From: a virus
Taxonomy: Duplodnaviria > Caudoviricetes
Direction: 5' to 3' (one strand)
Length of the DNA stretch: 56,980 bases
Virus record (IMG/VR): IMGVR_UViG_3300028024_000012
Coordinates: 1-56,980 of that record
Shown: positions 25,409-34,501 of the stretch, piece by piece
How positions within the stretch are numbered: position 1 is the stretch's first letter
How the letters are laid out: every line of letters starts with the position of its first letter
Translations under genes and position numbers: made by a program
The notes under the pieces: model-generated
What the model saw: the letters and a program-made list of their open reading frames with translations, nothing else
Told to the model about the DNA's origin: nothing
Databases searched by the model: none

Positions 25409-27018
25409 TGGCCCACGTCCTCACCGCGGCGCTCGGCATCGTTATTGCCGCCCATCGCCGCATGGAGCTGTTGATAGTCGCGCTGAGCCGGGTGCAACAC
25501 ACCCATGCCATTCATCTCTTGAATCTCGCGGCGCAGCTGGGCAAGAACCTCTTGATAGTCCTTGCCCTGCTCGGCGCATTCAGATTCAAGGTCCGACATG
25601 GCACCATTGATCCCGATCAGTGCACCTTGCTTCTCTTTCACCGGATCGACCCAACCACGACCAGGCCCGATCCATCTGCATTGCGTGTAAGCCGGACGGG
25701 CATCGAGGAAGCTGGGCGCACCGTCCGGAATGGTCAACGCGCCGGCATCGATCGCCTCCTCGAGGAAAGCCATATAGATCGGCGTGCAGAAATTCCGGGC
25801 GAAGGAGTCGCGACGGGTGAGCAGTGTTTTCCAGGTTTCCAAAAGGGAGGCCCGAGCCGAGGAATAGTTGGACTGGGACCAATCCTTGCTCAGTTGCTCG
25901 TAGCTCATGCCGGTGCCGGCAGCGATGTTGCGCAATGTGGCCCGCTCAAAATCCGCGAATGCGGTGTTGGGCCGCGCTGCCGTTTGAAAACCGATCTTCT
26001 CGCCAGGGAACAGAGAGGGAATGCGGACACCACCAAGACGCACATCGCGCCTTTCGTGGAACTCCGCCCGCGCATCCTGATAACCACCCAGCTTGTCGCC
26101 GTTACCGCCTTCGATAATCTCCTGCAGCAGGTTGTGATCGAAAGGGCTTTCGATGAAGGCAGCCAGGATGGCATTCAACACCGCAGCCTGGAGCTCGACC
26201 TTGTCGTATTTGCTGAGCATCTTCAGCTTTTCAAGAACCGGCGTCAGGCGCCCGACGCCGCGGGACAGGCCGTCGCGGTCCTTGTCGTAGTGATGAATCA
26301 GAACGGGACGCCCCCAGGGCGTTTCGCGAGGGATCCGCTCCCAGGTGAAGGCGTCGGTGATGACGGCGCCAACATCGGCCGGATGACGCTTGCGGATATG
26401 ATAGGCGGTCGCCGCCGTGTTCTCGTCGAGCTCTACACCTCCGCGCAGGCGGTCCGTGTCCATCATGTTGTCGGGGTTCGACATCCGATCCGGATCGATG
26501 ACCCGTACTGCAGTTGCCCAACGACTGCCGCGATTCGGAAGCCACATCACCGCACCGAGGGCATCGCCATCGATGATGTAGTGCCGATAGGCAAGGCCAA
26601 ACACGCCGCCCATCGTAGAATTTCGGGTGGCATCGCTATACTTGCCGGGATCATTGGCAAATTCGCGCCACAACGCCTCAGCCAGCGTACCCCATTCATG
26701 GGCCCATTCGGGCTTCTGGCCCAGCCTGCGCCAGTCAGGTTTCGACGACAGTCGCAACCCACTGCCGATAACGTTGTCAATCTCTCGGCTGACAATACCG
26801 GCAGCCCAACCGTCATTCTTGACCAGGTCGCGAATCCGCGCCGTGATCTGATCACGCTCATAGAGCAGGTCTGCATCAGCCGAGGCCAGGCGCGGATGCC
26901 AGCCACCGAGGTCCTGGCTAATGGGATCGGCGGCCTGATAGGCGGTCTGATGATGCCAATGCGATTTCTTCGCCGGCACCATCGGCGTGCCATCGGCGTT
27001 GAGCAGGCGATTGGACAT
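25405..27018 (-). CDS. Portal protein, lambda family
   Basis: RIRDLVKND, YEQLSKDWSQSNYSSARAS, GWVDPVKE. Confidence 0.95.
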   Translation of the reverse strand: MSNRLLNADGTPMVPAKKSHWHHQTAYQAADPISQDLGGWHPRLASADADLLYERDQITARIRDLVKNDGWAAGIVSREIDNVIGSGLRLSSKPDWRRLGQKPEWAHEWGTLAEALWREFANDPGKYSDATRNSTMGGVFGLAYRHYIIDGDALGAVMWLPNRGSRWATAVRVIDPDRMSNPDNMMDTDRLRGGVELDENTAATAYHIRKRHPADVGAVITDAFTWERIPRETPWGRPVLIHHYDKDRDGLSRGVGRLTPVLEKLKMLSKYDKVELQAAVLNAILAAFIESPFDHNLLQEIIEGGNGDKLGGYQDARAEFHERRDVRLGGVRIPSLFPGEKIGFQTAARPNTAFADFERATLRNIAAGTGMSYEQLSKDWSQSNYSSARASLLETWKTLLTRRDSFARNFCTPIYMAFLEEAIDAGALTIPDGAPSFLDARPAYTQCRWIGPGRGWVDPVKEKQGALIGINGAMSDLESECAEQGKDYQEVLAQLRREIQEMNGMGVLHPAQRDYQQLHAAMGGNNDAERRGEDVGQ

Positions 27019-27035
27019 GGTGATCTCCGAGCGCC

Positions 27036-27263
27036 TTACCGATGACCGAAAGAGACGCCGATCGCGCGGCGACGAGAGAGACCGAGCTGACCTTGAATTT
27101 CCATGATCCGCATCTGGATCTTCGTCTCGTCGCCCGGCTTGTAGTCGACCTTGCGATTGTCATACTGGACCGAGACGATCGCTTTGCCGATCAGCAACTG
27201 ATGCCGCGCAGCCTGCAGCTCGGCCAGCTGCCGTTCCAGCGAGGCACGTTCGGTTGCATCCAT
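27036..27263 (-). CDS. gpW head-tail joining protein
   Basis: ARHQLLIGK..VSV...RKVDY. Confidence 0.85.
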   Translation of the reverse strand: MDATERASLERQLAELQAARHQLLIGKAIVSVQYDNRKVDYKPGDETKIQMRIMEIQGQLGLSRRRAIGVSFGHR

Positions 27264-27265
27264 GA

Positions 27266-29191
27266 TCAGGCCAATCTGCGGCTAAGGCTTGTGGGTTTCT
27301 TCGGTTCGCTCGGTGAAGCAGCTGCCGCCGCGGGCCCCGCAAACAGGTCTTCCATGTCGGTCTGACCGCTCACGCTTTGCACTTCAAGTTCAGCTTCCAG
27401 ACGGTCCCAGGCATCGTCACTCATGCTGCGCCAGCCGAGACGAACAGCGGCTGCCTCGGCGTAGAGCGAGGTATCGAGCACTTCGTTTCGCTGCGCCGGA
27501 TCCTTGGTCCACTGATACTCGACGAAGCCATCCTTGCGCTTCTTCGGCATCCGGCGCTCGGCGCAGAGCTGTTGGTAGTAGTCATCATCAAAGCCGACGG
27601 GGAAACCGCAATAGCCGCGAGCCAGCGGGTCGGTCTTCTGCAGGTTCTTGTACAGCGCCATCTTCATGCCGGAGACGCCGACGTTGAAGAAACGGCCGGC
27701 ATATTTGAGCGACTTGCCTTCCTTGTTCTTCTCGCGTTTCACCTTGACCAATGCCGGCGCCATGTCGGATTTCGCACCGCGTACCATCATCACCTTGCTA
27801 GAAGGATGGCGCTTCGCCCAATCGAACACATCCTCGGTCCAGGCATTGCCGTCGATCGCCACCATGTCGAGTTTGCGGCGATTGCCGAAAGTATCCGGCC
27901 AAGTTTGCGCAATCAGCGCATCTAACTTCTTCCGCGTCTCAGTGTCCGAGATATGGCCCTCGATCACCCCGTACTGAACGGGCCAGCGTCGCAGGTCGCG
28001 GCCGAAGGCGGTCAGGTTCCACTCGACGCGGTCGCCCTGGCAGTCGAGACCCATCGTCAGTCGGAGACCGCCAACGGGCACGACACCGATCTTCATTTCA
28101 CTTTGCGCGGCACGGTCCCGGATCGATTCCCAGGGTGGGCTCTCGCCGGCCGCCTTGTATGCCCGGCCCACCGTGTCATTCAAGAAGGCCTGCTCCTTGG
28201 CGGGATCTCCCTTCGCCGCAAACCATGCATCACGGATGCTGGAAAAGCTTTCGAGAGGCGAATAGGCCGACCAGAGATAGAAGCCGATGTTCCTGGCATT
28301 CGTGTTGTAGGCCACCCAGTCACCGCGGCGATTGAACTCGTTGCGGTGATGCTGCTCGATCAAGCCACCGCAGGCCGGGCAGACGAAGCAAGGATCGTCT
28401 TCCGGATGGGTCTCGATGAAGGACTGCAGGTTCTCCCATTCCAGCGCATGGAAGTGATCGCAATGCGGACAGGGTACATGGTAGTGCTCCTGTGTCGACT
28501 GCTTGAAAACCCTGGTGATCCGGCAATTGTCCTCGATCAGTGGCGTGCCGATCTTCAGGATCTTCGCCCAGGCAAAGGCTTTACTACGGCTGTCGGCCTG
28601 TGTCTCCGGGTCGCCGGCGTTGTTCAACTCCCATTTCGACAGATCGTCCTGGACCTGCTTCTTGGCGCTGAGCATTGACAGGCTGGCTTCGGAATTCGCT
28701 CCGCTGATCTGCAGGAAGCCGCGCCCATCCTTCCGCTCTTGATAGAGCATGCTGTTCGATGCATCGCGCGACTTGGCATCTGCAAAGAGGTTCGACAGCG
28801 CCGTGGATTGCCGCAACATCGGCTTCCACTTCGTCTTCGACCAGCGGATCGCATTGCCGTCAGTCGGATGCGCGTACATGAAACCGCACGGGTCCATGTC
28901 CATCGACCCGCCGAGGAAGATTTGCGCCAAGACAGTGCCGCCCAGCTGTGCCGATTTCTTGAACACGACGACACGGGCCGGGTGCTCAGGTCCCAGGACC
29001 TCCAGGGGACGCTTGAAAAATGGAAACAGATCGGCGTTGTACGGCCCTGGGAAAGGGCTTTCTGAACCGAACCGGACGTTGTCACGCGCCCAAAGGTTCA
29101 GATCCAGCGGCGGTGGCGGTGTGATGACCTCAGCGACGATGCTCGCCGCCAAATGTGCGGGGTTGGCGAGGAAGGCGCCGCCATCAGGCAT
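27266..29191 (-). CDS. Terminase large subunit (lambda gpA family)
   Basis: KSAQLGGT Walker A, VPCPHC, GLDCQGDR, RNEVLD. Confidence 0.95.
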   Translation of the reverse strand: MPDGGAFLANPAHLAASIVAEVITPPPPLDLNLWARDNVRFGSESPFPGPYNADLFPFFKRPLEVLGPEHPARVVVFKKSAQLGGTVLAQIFLGGSMDMDPCGFMYAHPTDGNAIRWSKTKWKPMLRQSTALSNLFADAKSRDASNSMLYQERKDGRGFLQISGANSEASLSMLSAKKQVQDDLSKWELNNAGDPETQADSRSKAFAWAKILKIGTPLIEDNCRITRVFKQSTQEHYHVPCPHCDHFHALEWENLQSFIETHPEDDPCFVCPACGGLIEQHHRNEFNRRGDWVAYNTNARNIGFYLWSAYSPLESFSSIRDAWFAAKGDPAKEQAFLNDTVGRAYKAAGESPPWESIRDRAAQSEMKIGVVPVGGLRLTMGLDCQGDRVEWNLTAFGRDLRRWPVQYGVIEGHISDTETRKKLDALIAQTWPDTFGNRRKLDMVAIDGNAWTEDVFDWAKRHPSSKVMMVRGAKSDMAPALVKVKREKNKEGKSLKYAGRFFNVGVSGMKMALYKNLQKTDPLARGYCGFPVGFDDDYYQQLCAERRMPKKRKDGFVEYQWTKDPAQRNEVLDTSLYAEAAAVRLGWRSMSDDAWDRLEAELEVQSVSGQTDMEDLFAGPAAAAASPSEPKKPTSLSRRLA

Positions 29192-29849
29192 CGCCGGTTT
29201 CCTCTTCGTCAACCAGCTTGGGCTCCCTGTCGGCAATCTGCCGGGCAGCGGTCGATTGTCGTTCGCGCCAGGCGCGCAGCTGGCGGCGCAAAATTACGGT
29301 TGCAGCCTTGCCATCAATTTTCAATTCGGCCGCCAGGGCGTCGCCCAGCGTCGGCATTAACTCTTCGATGCTCGACATTACCTCTGTCAGCACCTTGCTG
29401 AACTCCCGACGCGCATCCTCGGTGCGGATATAGACGCCTTGCTGGGCTTCCTCTTCCCGCCGGGCCTGGCGGGCATTGATCTCGGCCTGCTCTGCACGAG
29501 CGAGCAGCGTGCGTTGCTGCGCATCGTTGAAGGCCGGCGGTGTTGGTAGCTCTGCACCCGCGGGACGAGCCGGCTGCGGTATCGGCCTCGCCTGGGCTGA
29601 AAGCTGGATGGCATCCAACGTGACGCCCAGTTGCTGGCAGGCCAGGTCGACATCGATCAGTGCAGTCCGGCCCTCGCCGACAATGGCATCGCCGCTGATC
29701 TGTCCGGCGGCGATCCATTGCGAGACGCGGCCCGGTGTGACGCCGCGCAGTTGAGCGAAATCGCCCTTGCGCACCAGGTTGCGATGCGGCGGCGAGCCGC
29801 CGTCAAGCAGCGGCGCCGGCGCGGCCATCTCGCCTTGCACCGTCTGCAT
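29184..29849 (-). CDS. Terminase small subunit (Nu1-like)
   Basis: wHTH KGDFAQLRGVTPGRVSQW; directly upstream of TerL. Confidence 0.8.
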   Translation of the reverse strand: MQTVQGEMAAPAPLLDGGSPPHRNLVRKGDFAQLRGVTPGRVSQWIAAGQISGDAIVGEGRTALIDVDLACQQLGVTLDAIQLSAQARPIPQPARPAGAELPTPPAFNDAQQRTLLARAEQAEINARQARREEEAQQGVYIRTEDARREFSKVLTEVMSSIEELMPTLGDALAAELKIDGKAATVILRRQLRAWRERQSTAARQIADREPKLVDEEETGDA

Positions 29850-29871
29850 AGCTCAACTCATTCAATTGCGG

Positions 29872-29966
29872 CTAAAGGCCTAAATTTAGGCTCTCAATTT
29901 ACCGTCACACTGGCGGATTCCCGCGGCTGCGTTGCCCGTGTCGGGGGTGGGGTCGTGGAAGGACCC
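29872..29966 (-). promoter_or_regulatory. Lambda-like cos site (cosQ GGGTCCT, cosN GGGCAACGCAGC, cosB-like ctaaa/tttag repeats)
   Basis: Minus strand GGGTCCT-22 nt-GGGCAACGCAGC-CGCGGG versus lambda GGGTCCT-23 nt-GGGCGGCGACCT-CGCGGG. Confidence 0.7.
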
Positions 29967-30034
29967 GCGATGGTGGGGGTGCCCCCCCTGCCTCAGGGTT
30001 ACATGGCAGCCTCCCTGTGCAGGGATGAGCCTGG

Positions 30035-30073
30035 AAACGAAAGCGCCCGCCGAATCGGATGATCGGCGGGCGC
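30035..30073 (-). terminator. Intrinsic terminator in late leader (tR'-like)
   Basis: 11-bp stem gcgcccgccga/tcggcgggcgc followed by TTTCGTTT on minus strand. Confidence 0.75.
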
Positions 30074-30094
30074 ACTTCTCGAAACTAAGGAGGG

Positions 30095-30124
30095 ACGCTA
30101 TATCGAGCGCATGGTCGAAGTCAA
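30095..30124 (-). promoter_or_regulatory. Putative late promoter (pR'-like)
   Basis: TTGACT-N18-TAGCGT overlapping the stop of the DUF6456-like gene. Confidence 0.5.
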
Positions 30125-30750
30125 TAGCCATAGTGGTGGGCCAAGGTCTCGATCGCTGCCTTGAACAGGGTCATCGAAACGATCTCGGCTTGGCGTCCCC
30201 GCTTACGTGACCATTCGCTGATGGGCTTATCATCGCAAACAACATGTTGCAGGATGGGCGCCAGCAATGGACCGACAGCGGCAAGGGCCGAGGCCATGCG
30301 TTGCCGAGCGGCAATTGCCCGGTCACTCATCTCGCCTTTGCCCCCAGGCAGATCATTGAGGGTCGAGATCACACGGGGTTCCATGCCGGCGAGATAGAAG
30401 TCCGCCCGCAGCCGATCGCCCGCATTCCACAGGCGCTCATGGTCACCGTCTTTTTCGAAGGCGAGGTTTTTGCGATTGCGCATGGTATCGAGTAGGGTCG
30501 CGGTCGTCACACGCGCATGCGGCTTTGTCTTGTCGCCTTCCAACTCGACCCGATCATGGGCGCGACGCTCTTTCGTGCCGAAATCATCATTCGACGGTGC
30601 GATGACCAGACCCGTCTTGCGGTCGCGCAGGAGATGGGATGGATCGGTTTTGAACTGCGACGGCTTTTTGGCATAGCCGTTGATCTGCTCACGGATCGAC
30701 TTCCGTCGTGCCGGGTCGATGTTCCGCCGCTTGGCCCTCAGCTTACTCAT
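30121..30750 (-). CDS. DUF6456-like protein, probable late gene regulator (Q position)
   Basis: AGDRLRADF..AG, ARQR...AL.AVG, L.HVVC, LAHHYG. Confidence 0.75.
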   Translation of the reverse strand: MSKLRAKRRNIDPARRKSIREQINGYAKKPSQFKTDPSHLLRDRKTGLVIAPSNDDFGTKERRAHDRVELEGDKTKPHARVTTATLLDTMRNRKNLAFEKDGDHERLWNAGDRLRADFYLAGMEPRVISTLNDLPGGKGEMSDRAIAARQRMASALAAVGPLLAPILQHVVCDDKPISEWSRKRGRQAEIVSMTLFKAAIETLAHHYGY

Positions 30751-30764
30751 GTCAGTTCCCTCAT

Positions 30765-31030
30765 TTGGATACTTGGAGGGTTTGGATAGTTTGGAGAGTC
30801 ATTTCTATATATAAACGCACATGCAAAGCGCATACGTGGTGCGGGGAAACCCTCCAACCTTCCAAACCCTCCATGGCTTCAATCAAATCAAACGCTTAGT
30901 GCCGGACAGTTGCCGGATGGTTGGAGGGTTTAAGGCCCATTTTCAGCGCTCATCGGGCAATCCTCCGCCGTCCGGCGCGCCGTCAGCGCCCGAACCACCC
31001 TTCGAACTCTCCAACCCTCCAAACTCTTCC
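30765..31030. repeat. Iteron cluster / putative replication origin
   Basis: TTGGA at 30765, 30773, 30782, 30791; inverted TCCA at 30853, 30861, 30870; AT-rich spacer; IHF consensus 30886..30898. Confidence 0.7.
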
Positions 31031-32535
31031 TGGGTGATCGCGATGCCGGTGTAGTACATCACGCCCATCTTTTCCTTGTGGTAGCCGAGGTCGGAGAGGC
31101 GCCGACCGAAGGACGTGCCGCTGACCGGGCTAATGCCGTTCGCGCCCGCCCATTTGGTGTATATCTGGTAGAGCCGCGTCGCCTGGACGCTGCCGCCGGT
31201 CTCGCGCACTGTCGCCGTGCGCATGAATTCGCCGACCGGGTCGCTCTCGGTCCGGTATTCCTCGGTCGCGCGTTTCACGCTCTCCGGCAGCACCAGGCCG
31301 CGCTCCCGCCAGAGGCGATAGCCGTCCAAAAGCCAGTTCAGGATGCCGGATGCCTCAGCCTTCAATTTTTCCGCCAAGCGCTTGTCGCGCTCCTCAGGGG
31401 GAATGTACTGGTCGAACGGCACCAGCAGGATGCGGCGCCAGATGCCTTCATCCTGGCCCCGGATGTTGGGCTTGATGTTGACCGAGAGCACCAGCTTGAA
31501 ACTCGGCATGAACTCGAAAAAGCTTTCATGCAGGTTTCGCGCCGTCATCTTCTCCCCGCCCGTGATCTGCTTCACCACCGATTCCGAGAGGCGCTGCCCG
31601 ACCTCCGGTTCGCTCGCGGTGACGAGCCTGCCGCCAGGCAGCCGTGCGAGATCCGGCGTGGCGTCGCCGCCGCGCCGTCGCTCATCGAACATGAAAGTCT
31701 GGATGGGCAGCGTCAGGCCGTAATCGCCCATGATGTACTGGATCGTATCCATCATGGTGGATTTGCCGTTGGCGCCCTTGCCGTGCGCGATCAGCATCTG
31801 CTGTTCGCCGGTATCGCCGGTCAGCACATAGCCGAACCAGGTCTGCAGGAAGAGCTGCGTGGGGTGGTCCGGGATGATGCGGGCGATGAAGGCATTCCAC
31901 AGGGGGCATGTGGCTTCGGCGTCATACACGACTTCGGCACAGCGCGTCTTCAGGTCGCTATGGAGATGCGGCCGCAACGTGATATCGCCATCGATCAGCG
32001 AACGCGTGCCGTTGTCATTGGCGGCGACCTTGGTCGGCAATTCCAGCGTGCCGTTCAGCACGTTCAGCAGGAACGGCCTGTCGTCCAATTCGCGCGGCGG
32101 GCGCCTCAGATAAGGCATGGCGCTGCGCAGCATCGCGTCGACCTTGGCCGAATTGCCGCTTGCGGCCTGCCACTTGAAATGGTTCTCGACCCTCTTTTGC
32201 CATTCCGCCGCATCGAAACCCGGCGGCGGATCTTTCATCAAGCGGTCGAATTCCACTTCCAGGGCCTTGACCTCGCCCGAGATCGCCTCTGCCGTGCGAT
32301 GCGCACATTTCATGGCCTCGGCATCGCCGGCTTCGCCCTGCCAGCGCCGGCCGTCCCAGACATACCAGCGAGCGCCATCGACCCACATCAGGTTGTTGCC
32401 ATAGCGCGCGATCAAACGGCGCGCATTGCCGAGATCGTTGCGCGGCTCCCGCGCAAGATGCAGATCATCGGCCGGCTGCTCCGCCTCATCGACAGCCGCA
32501 AAGATCGACTTCATGGCCTCTTGTTCATTACTCAT
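30943..32535 (-). CDS. P4-family/D5-like SF3 helicase (phage/plasmid primase, P4 family)
   Basis: D5_N region (WYVWDGRRW, LNVLNG), GKGANGKST Walker A, KQITGG, IWRR. Confidence 0.92.
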   Translation of the reverse strand: MSNEQEAMKSIFAAVDEAEQPADDLHLAREPRNDLGNARRLIARYGNNLMWVDGARWYVWDGRRWQGEAGDAEAMKCAHRTAEAISGEVKALEVEFDRLMKDPPPGFDAAEWQKRVENHFKWQAASGNSAKVDAMLRSAMPYLRRPPRELDDRPFLLNVLNGTLELPTKVAANDNGTRSLIDGDITLRPHLHSDLKTRCAEVVYDAEATCPLWNAFIARIIPDHPTQLFLQTWFGYVLTGDTGEQQMLIAHGKGANGKSTMMDTIQYIMGDYGLTLPIQTFMFDERRRGGDATPDLARLPGGRLVTASEPEVGQRLSESVVKQITGGEKMTARNLHESFFEFMPSFKLVLSVNIKPNIRGQDEGIWRRILLVPFDQYIPPEERDKRLAEKLKAEASGILNWLLDGYRLWRERGLVLPESVKRATEEYRTESDPVGEFMRTATVRETGGSVQATRLYQIYTKWAGANGISPVSGTSFGRRLSDLGYHKEKMGVMYYTGIAITQEEFGGLESSKGGSGADGAPDGGGLPDER

Positions 32536-33653
32536 CCTTCGGCCGCACCCTTCAGCATGTCATTGAAGTCCTTCCCCGGCGCCGCCCATGCAACGCGTAC
32601 CGTCAAACCCATATGTTGAAATCGACGCCGGGCGCAGTCGACCAGCGCCCGCGTGATGAACGGATCGCTATCGCCATCCCCCAGGATGATCAGCTCCCGC
32701 GCTTGCGCCGGCGGCACGAAGCCCGGCCGCGACAGATCCGGCCAAGGTGGCGGGATCATGACGCCAGGTCTGGTCGGGTGCTCCCGCTCCGCCTTGCAGC
32801 GGCACCGATGCGTATCACCGGTACCGGCGATATTGCCGAGGCTGAGTGCGGCCCAAACCGGCGTCATGTCGCCATTGAGGCGCAGGGCCTGCATCACCGA
32901 CAGGCAGGTCTCAATGCCCTCGCCGATGACCAGCCTTTCCCCGGCGGCGGCGAAGCGTGCGCAGCCGCCCCAGCATTGTCCCAGCATCTTCTTGGCCTGC
33001 TTGCCGATCGGCGCCTTGGCCTCGCCCGTGCGATCGAGAAAGGTGCGGTGGATGCCGCGTACCTTGCCGTCGACATCCTGTACGCCGGCCACCATGGCGG
33101 GGAATGATGGGCTGCCAGGCTCGGAATCGCTCGGCAGGTTGGGATGAAAGCGCAGGCTGGGCGGCATGCCGCCGATCATCGCGACATCGATGCCGCGCTT
33201 GGCAAGATAGCTCTCGACCAATGTGCCGGCCGCCGGCTTGGACTCCCGCCAGATGCCGATCGCCCACTCTTGGATGAAAGCTTTGCGCGCCGCATCGCGG
33301 GCCTCGGAAAAGCTGGCCTTGATCGGCGCTGCGAAGACCTGCCGCGGTTCCACCTTGCTCGCTTCCTCACTGGGCAGCAGCCCCGCGCGCGCGGCCAATT
33401 CTCGGATGGCGGTCTTGTCGTCGACCCCATGGATATCGCGATAGAAGCGGATCACGTCGCCAGCGGCGCCGCAGCCATAGCATCGATAGAGGTTCTTGCC
33501 GGCATGGACATAGAAGCTCGGCGACTTCTCCCGGTGAAAGGGACAGAGGCCGACCAGTTCCCGCCCCGCCCGTTTCAGCGCGACCTTTTCCGCCACGACC
33601 TCATACAGGGTTATGGCGCGTTTCAGGTCGGTGATGGAGATCCGGCCGGTCAT
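32532..33653 (-). CDS. DNA primase: CHC2 zinc finger + Toprim
   Basis: CPFH.EKSPSF...CYGC, IHRTFL, GEGIET, GDGD, DFND. Confidence 0.9.
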   Translation of the reverse strand: MTGRISITDLKRAITLYEVVAEKVALKRAGRELVGLCPFHREKSPSFYVHAGKNLYRCYGCGAAGDVIRFYRDIHGVDDKTAIRELAARAGLLPSEEASKVEPRQVFAAPIKASFSEARDAARKAFIQEWAIGIWRESKPAAGTLVESYLAKRGIDVAMIGGMPPSLRFHPNLPSDSEPGSPSFPAMVAGVQDVDGKVRGIHRTFLDRTGEAKAPIGKQAKKMLGQCWGGCARFAAAGERLVIGEGIETCLSVMQALRLNGDMTPVWAALSLGNIAGTGDTHRCRCKAEREHPTRPGVMIPPPWPDLSRPGFVPPAQARELIILGDGDSDPFITRALVDCARRRFQHMGLTVRVAWAAPGKDFNDMLKGAAEG

Positions 33654-33670
33654 ACCACCACCCGGGGCAC

Positions 33671-33725
33671 TAGGGCATTTTTGTCCCTTCCGCCCTTGAC
33701 GTAGGACAATTTTGTCCTATATCTT
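33671..33725 (+). promoter_or_regulatory. hicAB promoter with palindromic operator(s)
   Basis: TTGACG 33696, TATCTT 33720; TAGGACAA-TT-TTGTCCTA 33702..33719 plus degenerate copy 33671..33688. Confidence 0.8.
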
Positions 33726-33748
33726 CTTTCGTAACGACGGGGGAAGCG

Positions 33749-33967
33749 ATGAAGGGGAAGGAACTGCTGAAGCTGCTGAAGCGCTATGCCGGCCAGAAGG
33801 ACATCCCGTTCAACTATGACGGCGGCCACGGCAAGGGCGGACATGGCCGGGTCTATGTGGGGGACAAATTCACCACCATCCCCAGCCTGCACCAGGAACT
33901 GAAAACCGGCCTGACGCTCGCGATCATCAAGCAGCTCGGCATCGACAAACGGGACCTCGGCCTCTAA
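33749..33967 (+). CDS. hicA: HicA family toxin
   Basis: GKGGH catalytic His motif, ELKTGL..AIIKQLGI. Confidence 0.9.
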   Translation: MKGKELLKLLKRYAGQKDIPFNYDGGHGKGGHGRVYVGDKFTTIPSLHQELKTGLTLAIIKQLGIDKRDLGL

Positions 33968-34000
33968 GGCCGGGGTCGCCGAACCGACGGTAAGAAAGGA

Positions 34001-34498
34001 ATGCAAGTCATGGAAACCATCTCTCTCGCCTATCCGGCCAAGCTGACCCCCGATGACGGCGGCTTTATCGTCACCTTCCGCGATGTGCCGGAGGCGCTGA
34101 CCCAGGGCGATGACGAGGCGGAGGCCCTGGCCCAAGCGGCGGATGCGTTGAGCGTGGCCCTGGCGGGTTATGTCAAGGCCGGCCGCGATCTGCCGGCGCC
34201 GACCGAAGCGAAGCGCGGCGAGACGATCGTGCATGCCGACCCGACGCTGGCGGCCAAGGTGGCGCTGCGGCGCATGATGTTCGACATGGCGATCAACACA
34301 TCCCAACTCGCCCGACGCCTCGATGTCGATGTGAAGGAAGCCCGCCGCCTGCTCGACCCCGACCATCCCAGCAAGCTGAACGGCCTCGACCAGGCCTTGC
34401 GCGCGTTGGGGCATCGCGCGGTGCTGCATGTCATGCCGCTGCAGCGCGATCTGCCGGTGCGCAACGCTAAGCCGGCGCCGAAGAAGAAGGTAGGCTAG
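34001..34498 (+). CDS. hicB: HicB family antitoxin with C-terminal HTH
   Basis: YPA.L...GGFIVTFRDVPEALTQGDD..EAL..A.DAL; ARRLLDP.H.SK; start may be 34010. Confidence 0.92.
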   Translation: MQVMETISLAYPAKLTPDDGGFIVTFRDVPEALTQGDDEAEALAQAADALSVALAGYVKAGRDLPAPTEAKRGETIVHADPTLAAKVALRRMMFDMAINTSQLARRLDVDVKEARRLLDPDHPSKLNGLDQALRALGHRAVLHVMPLQRDLPVRNAKPAPKKKVG

Positions 34499-34501
34499 AG
34501 C

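Noticed and set aside
25327-27045. 572-aa plus-strand ORF
   Set aside because: Shadow of the portal gene.
31078-32619. 513-aa plus-strand ORF
   Set aside because: Shadow of the helicase gene.
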